Assembly (NCBI RefSeq): GCF_018398935.1
Contig: NZ_CP074694.1
Location: 4,110,001 to 4,142,000 of the forward strand
DNA length: 32,000 bases
Direction: 5' to 3'
Source of the DNA: Telmatocola sphagniphila
GTDB lineage: Bacteria > Planctomycetota > Planctomycetia > Gemmatales > Gemmataceae
Position 1 is the stretch's first letter. Each line of letters starts with the position of its first letter. The translations under genes and the position numbers were made by a program. A model generated the notes under the pieces. It saw nothing but the letters and a program-made list of their open reading frames with translations, made no database searches and was not told the DNA's origin. Below are positions 17,506-26,111 of this stretch, one piece after another.

Positions 17506-18775
17506 AGGCCCATTGAAAGATCTTCGGCAGGGTCTTCTCCTCGGAGACCATTAGAACGGCGCGATTTCCATCGGTGAAGTAGGGATCGCCCGTTAAATTG
17601 TGACGGGGATTCTCCCGCGTGCAAGCCCCGACTCCGGGCAGGTAGCCGCCTCCCAATAAACGACCCGATTCGAACAAATCTTCCATCACATAATCCCGGG
17701 CTTCATCGACATCCGAATCGATGCGATGGGTCGTTAAATTCCAGGTTTTCCAGGTGAAGCGGACTCCGATATCCCGGCTGATCTGCCCCACCCAAACCGG
17801 CTGACCCTGAAAAAGCCAGGAAGTGCTCCAAAGTCGCAAATGTATTCGCTCGTTGATCGAATCTCGCACCCTTTGCAGTGCGAAATCCTGGGGTCGGGAG
17901 AACAAATAAAGAGCACTCACCGGACTGTAGCGATACTCCGCACCGGTGAGAAATGACTTGAACGTTCGCCAGCAGGAACCGAGGGTGATGATTTCCGTTT
18001 GATCCCAGCGCGGCGCAAAGACACCGATCAGAGTAGCGAACTGACCGATCACCGCCAGATTCACCGGGTCGCCGGTTCGTCCCCCTAAAGCATTGGTCGT
18101 CGTGGCGGGTAAACCGCGCAATTTATGCAGTAGCGTCGCGAGATCGAGGTCCTGCTTTTCCTCAGACGCTGCGGTCGGGGCCAGCGTCAGCTGATGATCG
18201 ACTTTCGGTCCCACCAGATCGACGGAAAAGCGATATTCTTTGACATCCATATTCATCACGAGAGCGACATCGACCACCTTGGTCCCGAAATCTCGTGGTG
18301 CAAAAACGATTCCTTCCGAGGTCGTTCCCGGGGCGATATTTTTCAGCGGAAAACTGAGCTGCTGGAAGCAGGCGTTCATCTTCTCGTTCGCTCGGCGCAC
18401 CGCATAAAGCTTGAACGGCAGAGCCAGTATGACCAAGGGAAGTAAAAACCAACCGGCAAAGCCGAAGGCCAGGAGCCGTTTGAGTATGGAGAAGTGACAG
18501 ACCCCGGCAGCCTCCCGCGCGGTGAAATAGTCCCGTGCGATCTTGGTCATCAACAGACGGGTGCCATTCTCCGATTTATTTTTCACCCGGACCCAGATCG
18601 CTTGCAGGCCGCGATTAGCGAGAGGTACGCCGAGTATCTGCTTGGCCTCTAGGGAGGTCAGAATCGCAATGCTGATTTCGGCATGTTCATCGGATTGATT
18701 TTGGATTCGCGACAGGTAAGGTTGTTCGCTCGGCTGGGGAGTGTAATTCAAGCGGAATAGCGAGATCATTCGCAA
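17504..18775 (-). CDS. LssY-like C-terminal domain membrane protein
   Basis: Central TM pair LLAFGFAGWFLLPLVILALPFKLY. The C-terminal half, DPVNLAVIG...YRYSPVSALYLFSRPQDFALQR...ERIHLRLW...GQPVWVGQISRDIG...THRIDSDVDEARDYVMEDL, follows the conserved LssY_C pattern as I remember it. Confidence 0.65.
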   Translation of the reverse strand: MRMISLFRLNYTPQPSEQPYLSRIQNQSDEHAEISIAILTSLEAKQILGVPLANRGLQAIWVRVKNKSENGTRLLMTKIARDYFTAREAAGVCHFSILKRLLAFGFAGWFLLPLVILALPFKLYAVRRANEKMNACFQQLSFPLKNIAPGTTSEGIVFAPRDFGTKVVDVALVMNMDVKEYRFSVDLVGPKVDHQLTLAPTAASEEKQDLDLATLLHKLRGLPATTTNALGGRTGDPVNLAVIGQFATLIGVFAPRWDQTEIITLGSCWRTFKSFLTGAEYRYSPVSALYLFSRPQDFALQRVRDSINERIHLRLWSTSWLFQGQPVWVGQISRDIGVRFTWKTWNLTTHRIDSDVDEARDYVMEDLFESGRLLGGGYLPGVGACTRENPRHNLTGDPYFTDGNRAVLMVSEEKTLPKIFQWA

Positions 18776-18852
18776 TACTCAATAATCGGATGGGATGGAT
18801 CTTTTTTAGGTTACCGATCCCCACCGATTTGTATCGAAGAAATCGGGAAGGA

Positions 18853-19437
18853 TCAGGGAACTGCCCAGTAGAAAACCGCGATCACGCTTCCCAGACCCAG
18901 GAGCATGGCGACTGTCCCCCATTTGCCGCGGGACTTCAGAGAAGACCAGAGCACCAAGCCGGTGGTGCAGATGATCACCAACAAAATGCAGACGATGTCG
19001 ATCACCCATCCCCAGACCGAACCGGCCGATTTTCCCTTGTGCAAATCGGTAATCAACCCGGCCCAGCCTCGACTTTCGAAAGTGATTTGCGTTTCACCCG
19101 TTTCCCGATTGATTTCGGCGACAGTGCGTTCGCTGGGCCGGATGAATTCGACTTCAATGGAATTCTCATCGTCCCGGAAAGTGTTCACGAAACCGGCGAT
19201 ACCAAAAACGCGCCGCAAGTTTTCGGAAACGATAAACTTATCGACCGAGTGCAGGGTGGCCGCATCCAGTTTCCCTTCCATAGTTCGAACGCGCGGCTCC
19301 GAGGGCAGAAACCAGTCTTCATGATTGAGCATGAAGCCGGTCGCGGCGAAAAAGAGGATCGTCACCAGCCCAAAGAGGGTCAAGTAGACGTGCATCAGCC
19401 GTGAAACTTTCAGTAAACGACGATAAGCAGGAGTCAT
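18853..19437 (-). CDS. PepSY-associated TM helix family protein (short, 194 aa)
   Basis: N-terminal RLMHVYLTLFGLVTILFFAATGFMLNHEDW and later ITDLHKGKSAGSVWGWVIDIVCILLVIICTTGLVLW are the two signature helix motifs of PepSY_TM proteins. The start codon overlaps the upstream stop (ATGA at 19434-19437). Confidence 0.7.
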   Translation of the reverse strand: MTPAYRRLLKVSRLMHVYLTLFGLVTILFFAATGFMLNHEDWFLPSEPRVRTMEGKLDAATLHSVDKFIVSENLRRVFGIAGFVNTFRDDENSIEVEFIRPSERTVAEINRETGETQITFESRGWAGLITDLHKGKSAGSVWGWVIDIVCILLVIICTTGLVLWSSLKSRGKWGTVAMLLGLGSVIAVFYWAVP

Positions 19438-20969
19438 GATGTCTTCTTAGGTCCATACTCCACACTGGTGTCGCCCGTCTCGTCGTTTTTCTCCAGGGAG
19501 GCGGAGAACTTTTCCGCCCGACATTCCAATTTGGTCGTCTGCCGGAGGTGCTTGCCATGCTCGCGATGAACTTCGATCTTCAACTGATAGGTGCCCTGAC
19601 CCTGCTTCTTACCCTTATCATCTTTGCCGTCCCACACCAGATCGTATTTACCCGGCCCGCGCGTTGCACGAGTCACCGCTTTAATCAAATCCTTATCGTC
19701 TTTACCGATCTTCCACCAATCGGTGAGATCCTTCAGATACTTCGGAGCATTGCCCCACACCGCTAGCGTTCGAATTGCTTTGCCTTCTTCCGTTTCGATC
19801 CAGACGGCGACATAAGGCCGACGATATTTCTTGGCCCCTTCGATCTTGGGGATTTCCAGATTTATGGAAACCTGGTAACCCTCGGGCCAAGCTTCCGATT
19901 TGGGTTTGGTTTTCGAGTCGTCGGATTTTTTCTTGTCATCGTCCGACAGAATCGGCTGCAATTCCAGGCCGCTGCTGGTGAATACTTCTCCGGAGGCATT
20001 CACCAGCAGACATTCCACACCCGAAATCGACTCGATGAGCCGAAGTCCCTCTTCCACACCCAGTACGCAGAGGGTGGTAGCCAGGAGGTTGGCGGTGGTA
20101 CTATCCCGGGCGGTAACCGTAGCCGAGCACACCGATTCGGCCGACTGGCCCGTGCGCGGATCGATCAGGTGAGAGTAACGCCGCGAGTCGATCACGAAAT
20201 AACGCTGATAGCCGCCGCTGGTGGCAACAGCGGAATTATTCAACCGCACCGCCGCTAGTGGAATCGCATTTTCCTCGGGCGTTTTGGGATTCTGAATGCC
20301 AATCGGCCAGGATCGGCCCCAACCGAACATGTCGCCACCCAGATTTACTAAACCGCTGGCGATGTTTGGGAAATTGGATTTGATTACCTCGCCCACCCGC
20401 TGCACGATGTAACCTTTGGCGGCCGCATTCAGGTCGAGAGTATGGGAAGTCGTTCGAGTTACCAGACCACTCGCCGAATCGATGTTCCAGGCGGGACTTC
20501 TCATCACACGGACCAAGGAATGGAGTGGCTCGGGTTCGGGTAGACGGCCCTCGTTTTCCGCGGTCTTCCAAATCGCTCGCAAAACATCCACTTGGGCATT
20601 CAATGCCCAACCAGTGGCCGGTTGCCAATTTTCATAAAGTCGGAGTACGGTCAGCAGGTCGGCCGAAACGGCCATCGCTGATTCGGTCCGGTTCAAGCGT
20701 GACAGTTCGCTTTCGGGGTCGTGCAGACTGAAGACTTTTCGGAGTCGATCGATTTCGCGCAAAGCGAGGCTTTCGGCCTCTTCCGCGATCTCGCAAGAAT
20801 TTGTCTGGATTATCAAATCGAAGGAAGTACCAAGGATATGGTCATGATGGAAGGCGAATTCCTCGGCAGGGATTTCATTTTCGCGGCCTGACACCCAACC
20901 GGGCAACAGACTGCTGGCGAGACCAGCCGCGCCGGCTTGCATCAAGCCGCGCCGAGTAATCTCCTGCAT
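19434..20969 (-). CDS. apbE: Fusion protein: Tat-signal FAD:protein FMN transferase (ApbE) plus C-terminal DUF2271 domain
   Basis: Twin-arginine leader MQEITRRGLMQAGAAGLASSLL. ApbE motifs LDLNAAAKGY, LVNLGGDM and YSHLIDPRTGQSAESV..ATVTA.DSTTANLLATTL (residues about 35-340). Low-complexity linker DDDKKKSDDSKTKPKSE. DUF2271-like module YRRPYVAVWIETEEGKAIRTLAVWGN..KYLKDLTDWW...AVTRATRGPGKYDLVWDGKDDKGK..GQGTYQLKIEVHREHG. Confidence 0.8.
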   Translation of the reverse strand: MQEITRRGLMQAGAAGLASSLLPGWVSGRENEIPAEEFAFHHDHILGTSFDLIIQTNSCEIAEEAESLALREIDRLRKVFSLHDPESELSRLNRTESAMAVSADLLTVLRLYENWQPATGWALNAQVDVLRAIWKTAENEGRLPEPEPLHSLVRVMRSPAWNIDSASGLVTRTTSHTLDLNAAAKGYIVQRVGEVIKSNFPNIASGLVNLGGDMFGWGRSWPIGIQNPKTPEENAIPLAAVRLNNSAVATSGGYQRYFVIDSRRYSHLIDPRTGQSAESVCSATVTARDSTTANLLATTLCVLGVEEGLRLIESISGVECLLVNASGEVFTSSGLELQPILSDDDKKKSDDSKTKPKSEAWPEGYQVSINLEIPKIEGAKKYRRPYVAVWIETEEGKAIRTLAVWGNAPKYLKDLTDWWKIGKDDKDLIKAVTRATRGPGKYDLVWDGKDDKGKKQGQGTYQLKIEVHREHGKHLRQTTKLECRAEKFSASLEKNDETGDTSVEYGPKKTS

Positions 20970-21361
20970 GACATTTCTCCCAAGTAAAGCTCAGATAGGA
21001 AATTCGAGTCGTAGCCAGTTTGGATTCCCGATTATCCTACGATCCCAAGTAACCATTTTTTTTTAAATCCTGCCCCGGGAGAGTGGGAGCAGGCCGATTT
21101 TTCCCCAAAACAGGAATTCGAAATCCGCAGCATCTTCGAATGCTGGCTATGCGAACGGTGTTCCAGGATCATACACTCCATTATAAATTAAATCTTTATG
21201 AGAACGTCGGATTACGAAAGGGCTCGTCCATTAGCCACAGTGCCTCCGAGTTTTGAGACGTGCGTTGCCAATTACCCTAAAATAGGTTCACTCCGAGAGA
21301 GAGGACCAGCCGTTCTGGTTGAATCGGAATGCCTCAGACTTATAGTGATTAGCGATTCTGT

Positions 21362-23422
21362 ATGACGGATGCTCTTCAGGCTGTTTTTGAACAGGCGGTA
21401 ATGGCTCACCGCAACGGTCGGCTGGATCTGGCCGACCAGCTTTATCGTCAGGTGCTGTCGGAAATTCCCGATCACGCCCCCAGTCTGAGCAACCTCGGCT
21501 CAATTTTCGTGAATCGAGGCCAGCTTCAAGACGCGATTCAAACTTATCAACATGCCATCAAGGCCGATCCGAATCGACCGGATGGCTATTACAATCTCGC
21601 CAATCTGGTGCGAAAACTTGGGAGATTGTCGGAGGCCGAGGGGCTATATCGGCGGTCTCTGGTGGCCGACTCGGAGTTTGCCCGTTCCTACCATAACCTC
21701 GGCCTGGTTCTGGGTCAGATGGGTCGATGGAATGAAGCGATACCCTGCTATGAAAATGCTCTGCGGCTCGATTCGCAATTTGTGGAAGTGCACAATCTGT
21801 TAGGTCAGGCTCTGCTGCAGGCGGGCAAATTCGATGCGGCGATTTCCCGGTTTCAGCGTTATACGCGCTTGCAGCCTAACGATCCCCGCGGTTTTCATAA
21901 CCTTGCGCTGGCGCTCGCCCAGCGCAATATGCTGGAACCGGCCAAGCAGGCCATTGAAGCGGCTCTGAAACTCAAGCCGAATTATGCGGAAGCCTTCAAC
22001 GCCCGGGCCATTTTACTCTGGCAACAGGGAAAATGTCTGGAAGCCATCGGCGATTGGCGACAGGCAATCACGCTACAGCCAAACAATCCTGAATTCTTAG
22101 CCAACTTAAGTTCGGTAGCCGAGGAAGCAGGCGATCTCGATCATGCCGTGGGGTCTCTGGAAAAATCCCTGGAACACTTCCCGCATAACCCGGCCATGCA
22201 TAGTTCCCTTATTCGCTTACTGAACTCCGTGGCCATGCCTCCCGAAGAGCTTTTTCAGGAACACTTGAAATGGGCGGCCCGGTTTGCCAATCCGATTCAC
22301 CCGACGGTCAATCCGAAACCGACCGACTCTCAGGCCGAACGAATTCTGAATATCGGCTATGTTCTCGGTGAAGTTTCGCTGGCGGAAGTGCGTGCATTTT
22401 TTGAGCCCTTGTTCCGGCAGCATAAGCGGGACCAGGTGAAAGTGATTCTTCTATCGAACACCCGAACCGAACCGGTAATAGCCGCACTAAGAAAGTCTTG
22501 CGATGCCCTGCATAGTATCGTCGGGCTGAACGACGCCGAAGCGGAACATCTGATTCAAAATGAGAAGATCGACATCCTGGTCGATCTGAGCGGCCATAAT
22601 CCGGGGAATCGTCTCGGCCTCTTCGCTCTGAAAACGGTTCCCGTACAGGCTTCGCTCTTCGGCTATCCCTTGTCGACCGGAATGAAGGCGATCGACTATC
22701 GAATCTCCGAATCTTATGCGGATCCACCGGGAAGTACCGAGAAACTGCATTCGGAAAGAGTCTGGCGACTGCCTCAGGTCTCCTGGGCCTATCAACCGCC
22801 AGAGCCCTTACCAAAACTGAGTTCCCCTCCGTTCGTTAAGAACGGCTATATCACCTTTGGGGTGATGCAGACCCCGCGGCGAGTGCTGCCCGGAATGATG
22901 GATGTCTGGGCCTCAATTCTGAAGGAAGAACCGACGGCACGACTCCGCATGGTGCTGGGAAAAAACGCATTCGCGAAGGAACGCTACGTTCAAATTTTCA
23001 CCAAATTTGAAATCGATCCCGCCCGCATCGACTTTCTGCCGAGACTGGAAGAAAAGGACTACTGGGAGTTCTTCAATAGCATCGACATCTCACTCGATAC
23101 GTTTCCGGCCAACGGACGATTGACGACGGCAGACGCCTTACTCATGGGTGTTCCTGTAGTGACCCTGTCGGGTCGAACGGCCGTCTCCCGCTTGGGCCTC
23201 AGCTTACTTCGACTGGTGGATCTGAACGATCTGGTGACTTGGAAGCCGGAGGATTACAAGGTAATTGCGGTGCGGTTGGCTCGCGATGCGTCGCGGTTGA
23301 AAATACTCAGGGATGTGCTTCGGGGGAAACTGCAAAGCTCGGCCGCCTGCAACTGGGAACAATTCGTGCGCGATCTGGAAACGGCTTATCGCGGGATGTG
23401 GCTCCGAGCAATTACGAACTGA
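21362..23422 (+). CDS. TPR-repeat protein with C-terminal O-GlcNAc-transferase-like (SPINDLY / GT41-type) domain
   Basis: About 8 TPR units in residues 1-290 (A..YQ.AI..DPN....Y.NLA periodicity). The C-terminal half carries IDILVDLSGHNPGNRLGLFALKTVPVQASLFGYPLSTGMKAIDYRISESYADPPG and DISLDTFPANGRLTTADALLMGVPVVTL, typical of bacterial SPINDLY-family OGT homologues. Confidence 0.85.
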   Translation: MTDALQAVFEQAVMAHRNGRLDLADQLYRQVLSEIPDHAPSLSNLGSIFVNRGQLQDAIQTYQHAIKADPNRPDGYYNLANLVRKLGRLSEAEGLYRRSLVADSEFARSYHNLGLVLGQMGRWNEAIPCYENALRLDSQFVEVHNLLGQALLQAGKFDAAISRFQRYTRLQPNDPRGFHNLALALAQRNMLEPAKQAIEAALKLKPNYAEAFNARAILLWQQGKCLEAIGDWRQAITLQPNNPEFLANLSSVAEEAGDLDHAVGSLEKSLEHFPHNPAMHSSLIRLLNSVAMPPEELFQEHLKWAARFANPIHPTVNPKPTDSQAERILNIGYVLGEVSLAEVRAFFEPLFRQHKRDQVKVILLSNTRTEPVIAALRKSCDALHSIVGLNDAEAEHLIQNEKIDILVDLSGHNPGNRLGLFALKTVPVQASLFGYPLSTGMKAIDYRISESYADPPGSTEKLHSERVWRLPQVSWAYQPPEPLPKLSSPPFVKNGYITFGVMQTPRRVLPGMMDVWASILKEEPTARLRMVLGKNAFAKERYVQIFTKFEIDPARIDFLPRLEEKDYWEFFNSIDISLDTFPANGRLTTADALLMGVPVVTLSGRTAVSRLGLSLLRLVDLNDLVTWKPEDYKVIAVRLARDASRLKILRDVLRGKLQSSAACNWEQFVRDLETAYRGMWLRAITN

Positions 23423-24509
23423 GATTCAAAAGACAAATCTCCGCCGGTTGGCCGACTTCCAGGGTGTGAATCGGGCAACCTAGCAAACGAGCCGGGTGAG
23501 CCGTGGCCATATCCACCGCGGTTCCTAAATCGATGCCGATCTCATTGACCAGATGAACTATGCAATCGTTCAGAAAGATTCCCGAACCGGCCAGGAAGGA
23601 AGTGCCTGGAACCACAATCCGGCCCGCTTTTTGTACTTCAAAGACCGACCCCCATTCGGAATATTCTCCAGGTGGTAGCCCCGCCAAACTGCTGGCATCG
23701 CAGGTCAGGACGATCCTTTCCGGCATTTTCGCACGAATTAGACTCTGGAGCACCGCTCTTGGCAGGTGATGCCCGTCGGCTATCACACTGGCCATCAATT
23801 CATCGGAGGCTAACTGCTCCCAGATGTAGTTCTCGTGCCGTGGAACTTCCGCGTGCGAGCCATTCCCCAAATGCGTACTCAATCGGGCACCTGCAGAAAC
23901 GGCATCGCGAATGAGCTGGGGAGAGGCTGCTGTATGACCAATCGCGACTACGACGCCCTGTCGGATCAACCACTCGATAAACGGTATGGCGCCCGGCAGT
24001 TCCGGTGCAAGCGTCACCAGCCGAATTCGCCCGCCGGCCGCCTCCTGCCAACTTTGAAACTCCGCGCGATCCGGATCGCGTACATGGACTTTCGGATGGG
24101 CACCGCGCGGCCCGTTTTCCCCCGAAATATAAGGGCCTTCCAGATGAAAGCCGGGAAGAGCCCGGGACAGAACCGGGTCTCTTTCCCAGGCCCGATGCAG
24201 AACGGCAAAACCGTGGGAGATGGCGGCGCGGCTCGCAGTAATCAAAGTTGGGCAAAAGCGAAAGATACCATGACTTTGACACTTTTGGACGACTCGACGG
24301 ATGCGATCTTCATCGAGTTGCAGCGAATTGAAGCTGATGCCGAGCGCTCCATTGATCTGAATATCGAATAATCCGGGAGCGAGAAATTCCGCCGTGACAT
24401 CGGCGGTAAGCTTCGGATCGATCGGTGCGATGGCCTCGATCCGTCCCTCGCGACAGACGATGTCGATCGGTTGCCTGGTCCGAAAATGCTGGCCACGATA
24501 GCGGATCAT
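23412..24509 (-). CDS. nagA: N-acetylglucosamine-6-phosphate deacetylase
   Basis: E. coli-type NagA motif series: PGLFDIQINGALGISFN, FHLEGPYIS...GAH, AIGHTAAS, THLGNGSH, IADGHHL, LTCDASSLAG. Confidence 0.85.
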   Translation of the reverse strand: MIRYRGQHFRTRQPIDIVCREGRIEAIAPIDPKLTADVTAEFLAPGLFDIQINGALGISFNSLQLDEDRIRRVVQKCQSHGIFRFCPTLITASRAAISHGFAVLHRAWERDPVLSRALPGFHLEGPYISGENGPRGAHPKVHVRDPDRAEFQSWQEAAGGRIRLVTLAPELPGAIPFIEWLIRQGVVVAIGHTAASPQLIRDAVSAGARLSTHLGNGSHAEVPRHENYIWEQLASDELMASVIADGHHLPRAVLQSLIRAKMPERIVLTCDASSLAGLPPGEYSEWGSVFEVQKAGRIVVPGTSFLAGSGIFLNDCIVHLVNEIGIDLGTAVDMATAHPARLLGCPIHTLEVGQPAEICLLNLSS

Positions 24510-24533
24510 TGGCTTTCTACAAACCGAGTGAGG

Positions 24534-26060
24534 TTATTCGGCTTTCTCCTTCTTCGCTCCCTGGGAAAGAACATAACCGATCCCGGCAATCAGCAATCCC
24601 CCCGCCGCGCCAATTCCGAGCATTGCAAAATCTCGGCGGGACAGTGCAAATTTTTGAATGGGCACAGCCGCGCCTCCCTGGTCTGGCACCAGTTCGACGT
24701 CGAACTCCTCCGAAACCGGTTCGACATCCACTTCAAGAGGTTCCAGTTTCGGAATCGGTTTCGGAGCCGGGCTGGCTTCTTTAGTCCTGGCCTTCGAAAC
24801 TTCGGCTGTCGGAGGTGTACGAGGCGATTCGAGTTTGGCCGGATTCGGTCGCGGTCGGTGCCCGGAATCGGTAGCCTTCAAAGCCGCCGTATCAGCGAGC
24901 TTTTTCTGTTCGGACGATTGGATCTGCAGCCATTTCAAATACTTGGCGGAGGGCTCGGGGGATACCGGAGCCTCGGGGAGATGCTTCAAAAAGAGCTTCA
25001 AGGCCTGAGCCGCTTTTTCGGGTGTCTGGTACCGTTTCTCCGGCTCTTTCGCCAGCATGATGTCGATAACGGCCTGCAATCCTTCCGGAACCGGATTGAG
25101 CATATCCTTTAAAGGTTTCGCCGTTTCGGTCGCATGCCGAATAATCTGATTCATCAGATTGCGATCCGGAAATGGCGGCTGGCCGGTCAGGCAATGGTAG
25201 AGCACGCAGCCCAGGCTATAAATATCGGCTCGAATATCCGCCGCGGACGCGTTCTTGGCCTGTTCGGGGGACATATAATCCGGGGTGCCGAGCAGCACGC
25301 CTTCACTGGTCAATTGAGTTTCCGCTTCGTGGATCGGTATATTTTCGTCGAAGAAAGTCTTTCCCAAGCCAATGTCCAACAGTTTCACATTAGCTTTGAG
25401 TGTGTTTTCCGCCAGACTGGAACCGGCGGAAGGAATCAAAATCAGATTGGCCGGCTTGATGTCGCGGTGGACCATGTTGCGCGAATGGATATGCTCCATG
25501 CCTCGCATCGCCTGATAGACGATCTGAATGGCCTCGGCGGGCGGCAAACGTTTACGCGTCGAAAGAATCTCGTCGAGAGTCTGCCCATCGAGATACTCCA
25601 TCACGAAGTAATGTTTGCCAGCCGATTCCCCGAATTGAAAAGCCCGCACCACATTCGGGTGATCGAGCTTGATCAGCAATTTGGCTTCTCGCTGAAACCG
25701 CGAGAGCATCGTAGGATCTTTAGCGGAGGACGGAGGCAAAACTTTTATGGCCACGACTTGGCCGGTACTATGGATGGCTCGAAAGACCCCGGCCATTCGC
25801 CCTTTGCCGATGCGGTCCTGAATCGTGTAGGTGTCGAGCTGGAAGCCGTCCGCGTGTCCGCGCGCCAGCATAACCGATTGATACTCGGATAAAAAACCGG
25901 CTTTAACCAGGAATTTTCTGAAGTGTTCGACATCATCGCTGGCAGAATTACGGCTCTGCCAGAGTTCGAATTGTTCTTTCACCATCTCGGCGGGCACCAA
26001 CTTGCTCTTCACGATCAGAGCGCAATAGTTGGCAAGTGAGATCGAGGGTGCATTGGCCAT
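24534..26060 (-). CDS. Ser/Thr protein kinase with Pro-rich C-terminal region and a terminal TM anchor
   Basis: Start taken at MANAPSISL (ATG 26060), because the longer ORF to 26255 would overlap the divergent CbiX gene. Kinase motifs IGKGRMAGVF, VVAIKVL, HRDIKPANLIL, DIGLGK (DFG variant), TPDYMSPEQ. C-terminal FAMLGIGAAGGLLIAGIGYVL helix followed by only 10 residues. Confidence 0.9.
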   Translation of the reverse strand: MANAPSISLANYCALIVKSKLVPAEMVKEQFELWQSRNSASDDVEHFRKFLVKAGFLSEYQSVMLARGHADGFQLDTYTIQDRIGKGRMAGVFRAIHSTGQVVAIKVLPPSSAKDPTMLSRFQREAKLLIKLDHPNVVRAFQFGESAGKHYFVMEYLDGQTLDEILSTRKRLPPAEAIQIVYQAMRGMEHIHSRNMVHRDIKPANLILIPSAGSSLAENTLKANVKLLDIGLGKTFFDENIPIHEAETQLTSEGVLLGTPDYMSPEQAKNASAADIRADIYSLGCVLYHCLTGQPPFPDRNLMNQIIRHATETAKPLKDMLNPVPEGLQAVIDIMLAKEPEKRYQTPEKAAQALKLFLKHLPEAPVSPEPSAKYLKWLQIQSSEQKKLADTAALKATDSGHRPRPNPAKLESPRTPPTAEVSKARTKEASPAPKPIPKLEPLEVDVEPVSEEFDVELVPDQGGAAVPIQKFALSRRDFAMLGIGAAGGLLIAGIGYVLSQGAKKEKAE

Positions 26061-26111
26061 GCAAGATTCTCTGATATTGGGCAGACTATCAATAAAATAT
26101 GTCAAAATGGA

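Noticed and set aside
21056-21064. T9 homopolymer in the divergent promoter region between the ApbE-fusion operon and the TPR-OGT gene, considered as a phase-variation tract
   Set aside because: It is a single short intergenic tract with no evidence of length polymorphism and no defined promoter spacing to alter. It is more simply an AT-rich promoter element.
23800-24496. ORFs of 64-178 aa on both strands overlapping nagA
   Set aside because: They are alternative or antisense frames of a gene with the full NagA motif series. They show no independent evidence.
25134-25892. 252-aa plus-strand ORF inside the Ser/Thr kinase gene
   Set aside because: It is antisense to a kinase with all catalytic motifs and has no recognisable domain of its own. 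Shadow ORF.
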